Below, one piece after another: positions 46,455-55,722 of a stretch of 64,000 nt of DNA (its first letter is position 1; each line of letters starts with the position of its first letter). The position numbers and the translations under genes were made by a program. The DNA lies in NCBI GenBank assembly GCA_001821055.1, contig MHRT01000005.1:43533-107532 (forward strand). The letters are read 5' to 3'. Source of the stretch: Candidatus Taylorbacteria bacterium RIFCSPHIGHO2_12_FULL_45_16. GTDB taxonomy: Bacteria > Patescibacteriota > Minisyncoccia > Phycocordibacterales > PALSA-1337. Below the pieces are notes generated by a model, which did not search any database, had not been told where the DNA came from, and was given only the letters and a program-made list of their open reading frames with translations.

Positions 46455-46721
46455 ATGAGACAATATATCAAAACAAAAGCTATTCGCCGATTAAAAATTG
46501 TTGAGGGACAAATTAGGGGACTTCAAAATATGGTTGAAGATGAGAAGTACTGTATCGATATTATTACCCAGGCATCTGCTATTAAAGAAGCCCTTACAGG
46601 AATTGAGAACTTGGTCCTTGAAAACCATCTTTCTACCCACGTAGTTCACCAGATGAAGCATGGAAGTGAAAAGAAAGCTGTTGATGAGATCCTTAAGGTT
46701 TATAAGCTAAAGCGTAAATAA
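46455..46721 (+). CDS. csoR: CsoR/RcnR-family copper-sensing transcriptional repressor
   Basis: RLKRIEGQIRGLQNMVEDEKYCIDIITQ...H...H pattern of the CsoR (DUF156) family. Confidence 0.8.
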   Translation: MRQYIKTKAIRRLKIVEGQIRGLQNMVEDEKYCIDIITQASAIKEALTGIENLVLENHLSTHVVHQMKHGSEKKAVDEILKVYKLKRK

Positions 46722-46724
46722 AAT

Positions 46725-49052
46725 ATGAATCATCCTACCAAAACCTACAGGGTAAAAGGAATGCACTGCGCTTCGTGCGCTGGTATAATTGAAAAAACTT
46801 TCAAGAAAACCGAGGGAGTCCACTCTGCTGAAGTAAACTATGGGACCGAAAAAGCAAAAGTAGCTTTTGATGAATCGAAAACAAGCGCACAGGAGCTTTC
46901 AAAAAAAATAGAACCATTGGGCTACTCCCTAGCCCTGAACCAGGAGACTTCACATGAACATGGTGGCCATTCAGCAGAGGAGATGGGTATGTCTGCAGAC
47001 GAGCATGCGACTCACCTCGGAATCGGTCAATCAAAGAAAGAGAAGCTTGCTGAAGTCGCTGATATGAAGACAAAGGTACTCTCTGCCATTCCTTTGGCAA
47101 TTTTCGCAGCACTAGTCATGGGATGGGACATTCTGGCTCAATATGGAGTTGTGGGAGAAATGAGTTATACGATCAAAGAATTTATTCACCATCTTTTGCC
47201 TATACTGGCGGCATACATACTCTTTGTTGTTGGAAAACCCTATCTCATGGGCTTCTACCGCTTTCTCCGCTATGGCAAGGCTAATATGGATACCCTCATA
47301 GGTATCGGAACTACTGCAGCATTTTTATACAGCTTTGCCGTTACCGCTTTTGAGGAAGCGCTTCGACCTTTTATAAATGTTGATTACCAATACTACGACG
47401 TTACCATCGTGGTGATCACCTTTATAGCACTCGGCAAATATCTTGAAGCGCGATCGAAAATAAAGACCGGAGATGCTATTGAAAAGCTTCTTAATCTCCA
47501 GGCTAAAACAGCACTTGTTGTTCGAGATGGAAAAGAAGTAGAAATTTCAGTGAATGAAGTAAAACATGGAGATCTCATTATTGTTAAGCCAGGAGCAAAG
47601 ATTCCAGTAGATGGAATTATTACCGAAGGATCCTCATTTATCGATGAGTCTATGATTACCGGAGAGCCGATGCCTGCACAAAAAAAGATCGGAGACAGTG
47701 TTGTGTCCGGAACAATCAACACTAGTGGCTCGTTTACATTTAAGGCAACCAAGGTCGGTTCAGAGACTCTTCTCGCTCAGATTATAAAAATGGTTGAGGA
47801 TGCCCAGGGTAGTAAAGCGCCAATTCAAGCACTGGCAGACAAGATTTCATCTATCTTCGTGCCTATCGTTCTGGTGATTGCATTTCTAACACTCGGAGCA
47901 TGGCTTATTATTGGGTCCCAGTATCTAGGCTTCTCTCAAGCGCTTTCATTTGGCCTCGTTTCTTTTGTAGGTATTCTCGTTATTGCTTGTCCATGCGCTC
48001 TCGGCCTCGCTACTCCAACAGCGATCATAGTAGGAGTTGGTAAGGGAGCCAAGGAAGGCATTCTCATCAAAGATGCAGCAACACTTGAAAAGCTTCATAA
48101 GGTAAATACGGTTGTGGTTGATAAGACGGGGACCATTACTAAAGGCAAGCCAACACTTGTAGATATTCAAAACCTTTCTGATTTAAAAGATGATGAACTT
48201 GTATCAGTACTTGCTTCGCTTGAGAAAAAATCAGAACATCCAATCGCACACGCAATTGTAAGCTACGCTAAGGAAAAGAATATCTCGGTATCAGAAGTGT
48301 CTAATTTTGAAGGTATTCAAGGTAAGGGTCTCAAGGGAACAATTAAGGGTGCTGAATATTTTGTTGGTAACGCAAAGCTTGTAAGTGATCTCGGACTTTC
48401 TTTTGATGTAGCCAAGCTCAATGAGTCTACTTCTCAGGGTAAAACGCCAGTCATTCTCGCTAGTAAAGAAAAGGTTCTTGGTTTTGTAATGGTGGCAGAT
48501 GAAATAAAAGCTGAATCAATAGAAGCGGTGAGAGATCTTCACGCACTGGGAATCAAAGTGATCATGCTCACCGGCGATGATGAAAAAGCGGCAAAATATA
48601 TCGCATCACTTGTCGGCATCGATGATGTGGTTGCTCATGTGCTGCCACAGGATAAGCTTGAAAAGATAAAAGAATTACAGTTACAAAGAAAGATCGTGGC
48701 TATGGCAGGAGATGGTGTGAACGACGCTCCTGCACTTGCACAAGCTGATGTGGGTATTGCCATGGGGACCGGAACTGATGTGGCGATTGAATCAGCAGGT
48801 ATTACGCTTCTTGGTGGAGATATTTCAAAGCTCGTCAAGGCAATCAAGCTATCGAAAATTACCATGCGTGGAATCAAGCAAAATCTTTTCTGGGCATTTA
48901 TTTACAACATATTCGGCATACCTCTTGCAGCTGGAGTTTTCTATCCTATTTCTGGATGGTTACTTAATCCTGTATTTGCTGGTTTTGCCATGGCCATGTC
49001 GTCGGTGTCAGTCGTATCGAACTCGCTTCGCATCAAAGGTAAAAAACTATAA
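46725..49052 (+). CDS. copA: Copper-translocating P1B-type ATPase
   Basis: N-terminal HMA GMHCASCAG. TM CPC motif (CPCALGLATP). DKTGTIT phosphorylation site. GDGVNDAPAL motif. Confidence 0.9.
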   Translation: MNHPTKTYRVKGMHCASCAGIIEKTFKKTEGVHSAEVNYGTEKAKVAFDESKTSAQELSKKIEPLGYSLALNQETSHEHGGHSAEEMGMSADEHATHLGIGQSKKEKLAEVADMKTKVLSAIPLAIFAALVMGWDILAQYGVVGEMSYTIKEFIHHLLPILAAYILFVVGKPYLMGFYRFLRYGKANMDTLIGIGTTAAFLYSFAVTAFEEALRPFINVDYQYYDVTIVVITFIALGKYLEARSKIKTGDAIEKLLNLQAKTALVVRDGKEVEISVNEVKHGDLIIVKPGAKIPVDGIITEGSSFIDESMITGEPMPAQKKIGDSVVSGTINTSGSFTFKATKVGSETLLAQIIKMVEDAQGSKAPIQALADKISSIFVPIVLVIAFLTLGAWLIIGSQYLGFSQALSFGLVSFVGILVIACPCALGLATPTAIIVGVGKGAKEGILIKDAATLEKLHKVNTVVVDKTGTITKGKPTLVDIQNLSDLKDDELVSVLASLEKKSEHPIAHAIVSYAKEKNISVSEVSNFEGIQGKGLKGTIKGAEYFVGNAKLVSDLGLSFDVAKLNESTSQGKTPVILASKEKVLGFVMVADEIKAESIEAVRDLHALGIKVIMLTGDDEKAAKYIASLVGIDDVVAHVLPQDKLEKIKELQLQRKIVAMAGDGVNDAPALAQADVGIAMGTGTDVAIESAGITLLGGDISKLVKAIKLSKITMRGIKQNLFWAFIYNIFGIPLAAGVFYPISGWLLNPVFAGFAMAMSSVSVVSNSLRIKGKKL

Positions 49053-49069
49053 TCAACAAGACCAACAAT

Positions 49070-50104
49070 ATGAATCCACAAACTCTTAAAACATATACAT
49101 TCCACGTCCACGGCATGCACTGCAACGCCTGCGTCCTTATGATCGAAAGCGAGCTAGGTGATCTACCGAATATTACTCATGTTAAATCAAGCCTCAAGAA
49201 TCACTCGGCAGAGGTCACCGGAGACTTTGGCGATAAGACCCTGGAGCAGATCGCGGAAGAGCTTACTATTCCGCTGAAGTCACACGGTTACACTGTTTCA
49301 GTTGAAAAACAGCAGCACAATGCCACATGGGGAGACTTCAAGATCGCTGTCCCGATAGCGCTCGGCTTCGCAGTACTCTTTGTAGTACTACAGAAAATGG
49401 GGATCGTGAATCTCGTCAGTGCCGGTAATGTCACCTACGGCACAGCGTTCGTCATTGGCATCATTGCCTCGCTCTCAACGTGCATGGCAGTTGTCGGTGG
49501 ACTGGTCCTTTCCATGTCTGCCACCTTCGCCAAAGAAGGGGATAAGGTACGGCCTCAACTCATGTTCCATGGCGGCCGAATAGTCTCATTCTTTATTCTT
49601 GGAGGCGTTATCGGGACGATCGGTGCCGCATTCACGCTCAACACTTCTGCAACGTTTATCTTGAGCCTGATTATCGGTATCGTCATGCTCATTCTCGGTA
49701 TCAATCTTCTTGACACCTTCCATTGGGCCAAGAAGCTTCAGCCATCAATGCCGAAGTTCATCGCCAAGCATGCTCACGGTGTCTCAAAATTCAATCACAC
49801 ACTTACGCCGATCCTTGTCGGTGTCGCCACTTTTTTCTTGCCGTGCGGATTCACTCAATCAATGCAACTCTATACGTTAACCACAGGAAGTTTCCTTCAA
49901 GGCGGACTCACCATGCTTGCATTTGCACTTGGCACACTACCGGTTCTTGCTCTGATTAGCTTCAGCTCATTCAGCATCCAAAAGAGCTCAAAGGCAGGGA
50001 TCTTCTTCAAGACGGCCGGACTGATCGTCATCATGTTTGCGCTGTTTAATCTTGTCAATAGCTTGGTGGTGATCGGTGTCATACCGCCGCTGTTCAACTT
50101 CTAG
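49070..50104 (+). CDS. HMA (heavy-metal-associated) domain fused to a multi-TM domain (DsbD_2/CcdA-like, Cys within a TM segment)
   Basis: GMHCNACV HMA motif. About six hydrophobic helices. FFLPCGFTQ. Confidence 0.55.
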   Translation: MNPQTLKTYTFHVHGMHCNACVLMIESELGDLPNITHVKSSLKNHSAEVTGDFGDKTLEQIAEELTIPLKSHGYTVSVEKQQHNATWGDFKIAVPIALGFAVLFVVLQKMGIVNLVSAGNVTYGTAFVIGIIASLSTCMAVVGGLVLSMSATFAKEGDKVRPQLMFHGGRIVSFFILGGVIGTIGAAFTLNTSATFILSLIIGIVMLILGINLLDTFHWAKKLQPSMPKFIAKHAHGVSKFNHTLTPILVGVATFFLPCGFTQSMQLYTLTTGSFLQGGLTMLAFALGTLPVLALISFSSFSIQKSSKAGIFFKTAGLIVIMFALFNLVNSLVVIGVIPPLFNF

Positions 50105-50130
50105 TATACTGTTAATCACGTCCTGTAATT

Positions 50131-50520
50131 ATGAAAGCAACTATTATTTCAATTGTCGTGGCAGTGATCCTCATCGGAGGGGCTTTTGTGCTGGCCCGGG
50201 GCGGAGACAATGATGCTTCGACTGTTCCGACAAATAACGTCACGATCGTTGATGGAAAACAGATTATAGAAATCAATGCCAAAGGCGGCTATCAGCCAAG
50301 AAAAAGTATTGCCAAGGCAGGTATCCCTACAATTATTCGATTCAACACAAAGGGAACTTTTGATTGTTCATCCTCAGTTCGTATTCCGAGCTTGAATATA
50401 AGTAAGCTGCTGCCTCAATCAGGAGCAACTGATATAGACATTGGTAGCGGTCAGCTCGGCACGCTCCAGGGATCATGCGGGATGGGGATGTATCCGTTCG
50501 AGGTGGAGTTTCAGAGTTAG
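50131..50520 (+). CDS. Membrane-anchored cupredoxin-like domain protein (putative copper-binding partner encoded directly downstream of the cop ATPase operon)
   Basis: N-terminal TM. Beta-rich domain with FDCSSS...GSCGMGMYPFE. Tight operon spacing. Confidence 0.4.
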   Translation: MKATIISIVVAVILIGGAFVLARGGDNDASTVPTNNVTIVDGKQIIEINAKGGYQPRKSIAKAGIPTIIRFNTKGTFDCSSSVRIPSLNISKLLPQSGATDIDIGSGQLGTLQGSCGMGMYPFEVEFQS

Positions 50521-50535
50521 TTCATCAGGGCCGAT

Positions 50536-51027
50536 TTACATCTTCCGGCTGTCGTAAGCCCAGTGCAGAACAGCCTGTCTTTGGGCGGGACGGCAGGTCA
50601 GGTCTTTCGGCCGACAATTCTTCTTGATCTGTGATATATGACGGCTGATGGCTTTCCACCGCTTGATCTGGAGCTCATCTTCGCCTGGCAAGCGTCTACC
50701 CATATGGTAGCGGCAATACCACTGGAACCAACCGCGAGGGTCGTGCTTCTCATTGATCCAGCCTTTTTCCTGCCACACCTTGAGTGGCTGACTGGCATGC
50801 TTATGAAAAAAGTTGAGCGTGTCATCGTGATGTTCGGGCGACAGCTTGGCGCGAGTGAACCAGCTTTTCGGAAACTCTTTCCTGCAGTCGGTCATGTACT
50901 TGCCGCCAAATACGCCAAGTGCGAGCATTTCCCTGGGGGTGAGTTCCGGTTTGAAACTCGGGTCAAAGTTTCGTCCTACCGGCTCGGTGAGGTCGTACTT
51001 GTAACCCCTTTGAAATTTGTCGTTCAC
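50536..51027 (-). CDS. Conserved hypothetical protein, rich in Trp/His/Cys/Arg. GC appears high for this region. Family not recognised.
   Basis: 163 aa ORF. Several clustered Cys/His residues (CRYH, CRP). Confidence 0.4.
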   Translation of the reverse strand: MNDKFQRGYKYDLTEPVGRNFDPSFKPELTPREMLALGVFGGKYMTDCRKEFPKSWFTRAKLSPEHHDDTLNFFHKHASQPLKVWQEKGWINEKHDPRGWFQWYCRYHMGRRLPGEDELQIKRWKAISRHISQIKKNCRPKDLTCRPAQRQAVLHWAYDSRKM

Positions 51028-51066
51028 TGTTATGGTCTTTTTTGTTATGGGTGTTTGTATGGGTGT

Positions 51067-51567
51067 TTAATTGAGAATCCAAATAGTGTAGTTCAAATAT
51101 GCGGCGAAACTTACCCAAAGGATATATGGCGCAAGAAGCCAAGCGGCTGGTTTGGAAATTTTATAAAAGGCAACCATCGTGGCGAAGATGGCAAGCCAGA
51201 GGAATACAATCTCCACGAGCGCACCACCCGGGCTGTGCAAGCCGAAGAAGATAATCGACCAAAGTGTATTCAAAACCAGTTGGCCGAGGAATATACCAAG
51301 AGCGATTTTGACATCTCTGCGATCTAGTCCCTTTTTCCAGACCAGGAATGCGGCGATACCCATAAGCACAAAGAGTGTCGTCCAGACCGGACCAAATATC
51401 CACGCTGGAGGATTGATGGCCGGCTTCACGATCCCTGCGTACCAGCCAGCGATCGAGGGTGTGGTAAACACTGAACCGATGATGCCAGCGAGCTCGGAGA
51501 CTACGATGGCGATGATGAGTTTGAGGGTGTTACTGATTTTCATGACCTTGGGTTCAAGTTTGAACAT
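51067..51567 (-). CDS. tspO: TspO/MBR family tryptophan-rich sensory protein
   Basis: Five TM segments with the conserved WYAGI..P...PP.WIFGPVWT, NTLW and LNYTIW motifs. Confidence 0.8.
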   Translation of the reverse strand: MFKLEPKVMKISNTLKLIIAIVVSELAGIIGSVFTTPSIAGWYAGIVKPAINPPAWIFGPVWTTLFVLMGIAAFLVWKKGLDRRDVKIALGIFLGQLVLNTLWSIIFFGLHSPGGALVEIVFLWLAIFATMVAFYKISKPAAWLLAPYILWVSFAAYLNYTIWILN

Positions 51568-51769
51568 GAACTAGCAATTGCTTTGCCAAGCCCGTCGCTA
51601 GCTCCTAGTATAATTATTTTTTTCACAACTAAATTATACCAAAGTTCGGAATTATTTTCTTGCTCCATATACTGGACGAGTTCTGAGCCATTTAAAAATA
51701 TAAAACCGCCCCGCAAGATGACACTTGCGACAGGCGGTTATTGCTTAACCTCGACTTAGGGTCAAAAAA

Positions 51770-52354
51770 ATGGTAAATTCATATTACATGGAACGTTCTG
51801 ATGAACAATTAATTTCCGAGTATCTTGATGGCGATGAAAAGGCGCTAGGTACACTTGTCGAACGGCATCTAACTAATGCCTACAATTTTGCATTGAAACT
51901 CGTGAATGATAGTCAGGCCGCAAATGACATAACTCAAGAGGCATTCGTTAAAGCGTGGAAAAATATCCGAGGATTTAAGCAAGAAAGCACTTTTCAGACG
52001 TGGCTTTTTGCAATCACCAGAAATGTCGCAATCGACTGGCTTAGACGAAGAAAAGAAGTTGTCTTTTCTGCTTTTGAAAATGAACGAGGAGAAAATATGT
52101 TCACTGAAACTCTTGCAGACCAGAGCTTGTTGTCGGATGAACTGTTAGCAAGAGCAGAAGATGTTCGGTTTGTAGAAATACTTTTGGAAGAACTTGATCC
52201 TCTCTACCGCGATGTATTGAAACTTCGATATTCAAGCAATATGACATTTGAGGAGATTGGTGAACTTCTTAAGAGGCCACTTCACACAATTAAAAGCCAG
52301 TATAGAAGGGCGCTCATTGCATTACGCCGATCTCTTGAAGTAAGGCCGATTTAA
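51770..52354 (+). CDS. ECF-subfamily RNA polymerase sigma factor (sigma-70 regions 2 and 4)
   Basis: Region 2 (AYNFALKLVNDSQAANDITQEAFVKAWKNI...FQTWLFAITRNVAIDWLRRR). Region 4 HTH (TFEEIGELLKRPLHTIKSQ). Confidence 0.8.
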   Translation: MVNSYYMERSDEQLISEYLDGDEKALGTLVERHLTNAYNFALKLVNDSQAANDITQEAFVKAWKNIRGFKQESTFQTWLFAITRNVAIDWLRRRKEVVFSAFENERGENMFTETLADQSLLSDELLARAEDVRFVEILLEELDPLYRDVLKLRYSSNMTFEEIGELLKRPLHTIKSQYRRALIALRRSLEVRPI

Positions 52355-52381
52355 ATAGAATCTCCTCTCTTTTCTAACAGG

Positions 52382-52789
52382 ATGCACCAAAATGCATCCT
52401 GTTTCCGTCTAACTAATATGGAGAAAATACGGCCACCACAGGACTTAAAACGGAATATCCTTTTGGGAATTGCCAAGGAGGAGTTTCGACGCGCAAAAGT
52501 TTACTTCACTGTAGCTGCAACAGTATTACCAGTGTCCTTAGTCGCAATGTTTTTGTCCGGCCGGTATCTCTTGAATAGTTTTTATGAATCAGGATTTTAT
52601 GATTATCTTTCACTACTATTTTCTGGAGATAGCATAGTTTTGTCTTACTGGGAGGAGCTCATGTACTCCCTAGTGGAAACAATGCCGATCGTAGGTACAA
52701 TTGTATTCCTGATTGCCTCCAGCTTCTTTATTTGGTCTGGGGCTAATACCCTTACGAATCTGCGCCGCTTTGCTTTAACAGCTAATTAA
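52382..52789 (+). CDS. Putative membrane anti-sigma factor (3 TM), encoded directly downstream of the ECF sigma gene
   Basis: Gene position and TM topology only. Confidence 0.35.
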   Translation: MHQNASCFRLTNMEKIRPPQDLKRNILLGIAKEEFRRAKVYFTVAATVLPVSLVAMFLSGRYLLNSFYESGFYDYLSLLFSGDSIVLSYWEELMYSLVETMPIVGTIVFLIASSFFIWSGANTLTNLRRFALTAN

Positions 52790-52795
52790 TCACAT

Positions 52796-53281
52796 ATGGA
52801 TTTTAGAGACATACACAAATCACAGAAAGTAAGAGGCATCCTGATAGGACTGGGAGTTGTCGTCCTTGTCCTGGTTATTTTTCAAACCGGACAGGTTCTC
52901 GGGTATCACAAAGCTAAGTTTGGTGCGCGATTTGGCGACAATTTCGAGAAAAACTTTGTCGGTCCTCGTGGAGGTAATTTTGTTGGGAGACTTCCTAGTC
53001 CAGGTATGCCAGGCGGACATGGGGCTGTCGGAGAGATTGTCAGTATCGCTCTTCCGCAAGTTGTTGTAGCCGGTCCTGATAATTTGGAGAAAACTGTGCT
53101 TGTCGGTACATCAACAAGGGTCCGTGAGTTTCAAGATGAAATCAACGTGGGTCAGTTAAAAGTTGGTGACTTTGTTGTGGTTCTTGGAAATCCAAATGAA
53201 GAAGGCCAAGTTGATGCCAAACTAATACGTCTCATGCCACCGCCTCCTGACAGAGTGATGAATAATCAGCCAATGCGATAG
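52796..53281 (+). CDS. Hypothetical secreted or membrane-anchored protein
   Basis: N-terminal TM segment and a Gly-rich region. No recognised family. Confidence 0.35.
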   Translation: MDFRDIHKSQKVRGILIGLGVVVLVLVIFQTGQVLGYHKAKFGARFGDNFEKNFVGPRGGNFVGRLPSPGMPGGHGAVGEIVSIALPQVVVAGPDNLEKTVLVGTSTRVREFQDEINVGQLKVGDFVVVLGNPNEEGQVDAKLIRLMPPPPDRVMNNQPMR

Positions 53282-53283
53282 TT

Positions 53284-55008
53284 ATGAAAATACCTATTCA
53301 AAAAATAAATACATGGACCAAAGCTCATAAAATCATGAGTGTGGTCATTCTCCTTGCCCTCATTGGTATGGGCTATGGAATGGTACGCGCTTTTGGTAGC
53401 GACAGTGGCGAAACTCGCTATGTCCTTGCTACAGTAGAGCGCGGAAATATTGTGGCCTCAGTAACCGGTTCAGGCCAAGTGTCCTCATCCGACCAGGTTG
53501 ATCTTAAGACAAAAGCTTCAGGTGACTTGACAACTCTAAATATGAAAACTGGACAAGAAGTAGCAGAAGGAGCAGTGGTAGCCAATGTGAATGCTCGCGA
53601 CGCATTACAAAATGTTCGTGATATGCAAACCGATTTGACGAGTGCCAAGATTTCATTGGAGAAGGCAAAAATTTCCACTATCGATACAAAAAAGGAAGCT
53701 GAAGAAACACTAGAAAAAGCCTATCAAAATGGATATGGCACATTAACCGACACCTTTACAGACTACAGCAATGTAATAGATGAAATTAGGAACATATATT
53801 ACGAAAAAGACCACTCTCCTTATTTTACAGATGACAACCTTCGATTTGAAATTAGTTATAATGCTATAACTGAAAAATATGAGGTTGGAGCAAAAATTGA
53901 CAAGATAGCGCACGATTACGATGCTCTTTTTATTGAATATAAAAAGATAAACAGCACTTCTAGCAGAGAAGAGATTGAGAGATTAGTAAATAGCAGTTAC
54001 ATTTTTTCTAAAAAATTTAGTGATGTACTGAAGGAATTTCAAGCTCTGTATAGTTATTTAGAGGTGCGATTCGATACGCAGACAGATCAATTTAAAGAAG
54101 ATAGATCATCTGTCAATGGGTATATTGCTACAGTAAACGAAAAAACTACTGAGCTCCTTTCTTTTCAAGAAGATGTTAAGAATGCAAAATCTGATGTAGA
54201 AGAAGCCAACCGCACATATAGCGAAATAAGTGGTTCCAGTGAGCCTCTCGATGTTCAGACTGCACAACTTACTGTTACTCAAAAACAAAATGCATATCAG
54301 AAAGCACTGAATGAACTCTCCGACTATACTGTGAAGACACCATTTGCAGGCTTAATTGCATCTGTAAGTGCAAAGAAGGGTGATTCGGTTAGTTCCGGCA
54401 CGACTATCGCAACATTAATTACCAAAAAGAAAATAGCAGAGATATCACTCAATGAAATTGATGTTGCAAAAATTAAGGCTGGACAGAAAGCAACCCTTGC
54501 CTTCGATGCATTTGAAGACCTAACTATTATGGGAGAGGTGGCTGAGATCGATCTCGTAGGTACTGTGAGCCAAGGAGTGGTTAACTATACAGTGAAAATT
54601 ACCTTCGATACTGATGACAGCAAAGTAAAACCTGGCATGACGGTAAATGCAAGCATCGTTACCGACATGAAGCAAAATGCGCTTATGGTGCCAACAAGTG
54701 CGGTAAAATCGCAGGGTGGTATAAGCTATGTTGAAGTCGCTGATCAGAACATTCCGCATAATCAGGTTAGTCAAGCGGCAGGTGTTCTTCTTGCAACTCC
54801 TCCTCGCAGGGTAGAAGTCACTACTGGTTTTACAAATGATGAATCTATCGAAATTGTTTCCGGCCTTGAGGAAGGACAGCAGTATGTAGCTCGCACTATA
54901 ACAACTGGTACTACAAGTACGCAGGCGACTCAAAGCGCGCCGAGTCTCTTTGGAGGAGGTGCAACAGGTCGACCTACCGGCGGTGGTACGAGAACATTCA
55001 CCAGATAA
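53284..55008 (+). CDS. Efflux transporter periplasmic adaptor (HlyD/MacA-type membrane fusion protein) with a long coiled-coil
   Basis: N-terminal TM. Lipoyl/beta-barrel motifs (GSGQVSS...DLKTKASGDLTTL; VKTPFAGLIASVSAKKGDSVSSGTTIATL). Long helical hairpin. Confidence 0.7.
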   Translation: MKIPIQKINTWTKAHKIMSVVILLALIGMGYGMVRAFGSDSGETRYVLATVERGNIVASVTGSGQVSSSDQVDLKTKASGDLTTLNMKTGQEVAEGAVVANVNARDALQNVRDMQTDLTSAKISLEKAKISTIDTKKEAEETLEKAYQNGYGTLTDTFTDYSNVIDEIRNIYYEKDHSPYFTDDNLRFEISYNAITEKYEVGAKIDKIAHDYDALFIEYKKINSTSSREEIERLVNSSYIFSKKFSDVLKEFQALYSYLEVRFDTQTDQFKEDRSSVNGYIATVNEKTTELLSFQEDVKNAKSDVEEANRTYSEISGSSEPLDVQTAQLTVTQKQNAYQKALNELSDYTVKTPFAGLIASVSAKKGDSVSSGTTIATLITKKKIAEISLNEIDVAKIKAGQKATLAFDAFEDLTIMGEVAEIDLVGTVSQGVVNYTVKITFDTDDSKVKPGMTVNASIVTDMKQNALMVPTSAVKSQGGISYVEVADQNIPHNQVSQAAGVLLATPPRRVEVTTGFTNDESIEIVSGLEEGQQYVARTITTGTTSTQATQSAPSLFGGGATGRPTGGGTRTFTR

Positions 55009-55011
55009 ATT

Positions 55012-55722
55012 ATGATCGATGTTAAAAATATCACAAAAATCTATAAGACCGGCGACATCGAATTTCAGGCATTGAGAGGAGTATCTTTTACAATCAAAGA
55101 TGGAGAATTTGTAGCCATCATGGGTCCTTCTGGATCAGGAAAATCTACACTTATGCATATTCTCGGCTGCCTCGATACTCCGACTGCTGGCACTTACTTT
55201 CTTGACGGAAAAGATGTCTCAACATTATCAGATGATGAACTTGCAGATGTTCGCAGGGAAAAAATTGGCTTCGTCTTTCAATCATTTAACCTCTTACCTC
55301 GTACTACAGTGCTGCGCAATACGATGCTTCCTTTGATGTATTCAGGTATTGATGAGGAAGAAAGAAAAAAGAAAGCTGTGAAAGCTCTTACAGCCACCGG
55401 CATGACAGATTCACACTATCATCACCTATCCAATCAGCTTTCGGGAGGACAGATTCAGCGCGTGGCAATCTCACGAGCGCTTGTAAACGACCCGTCACTC
55501 ATTCTTGCCGATGAGCCTACAGGAAACTTGGATACCAAGACAGGAGATATCGTACTTGGCACATTTCAAAAGCTCAATGAAGAACTCGGTCGAACCATCA
55601 TCCTTATTACACATGAGCCGGACGTGGCGGAACACGCTGACCGAATCATCTATATTCGTGACGGACAGATCGTTGAGGACGGCAGAGCCCATTCTAAAAG
55701 AAAAGCCAGACACCACGCATGA
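55012..55722 (+). CDS. ABC transporter ATP-binding protein (MacB/LolD-type)
   Basis: Walker A GPSGSGKST, signature LSGGQIQRVAISRAL, Walker B ILADEPTGNLD. Confidence 0.9.
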   Translation: MIDVKNITKIYKTGDIEFQALRGVSFTIKDGEFVAIMGPSGSGKSTLMHILGCLDTPTAGTYFLDGKDVSTLSDDELADVRREKIGFVFQSFNLLPRTTVLRNTMLPLMYSGIDEEERKKKAVKALTATGMTDSHYHHLSNQLSGGQIQRVAISRALVNDPSLILADEPTGNLDTKTGDIVLGTFQKLNEELGRTIILITHEPDVAEHADRIIYIRDGQIVEDGRAHSKRKARHHA

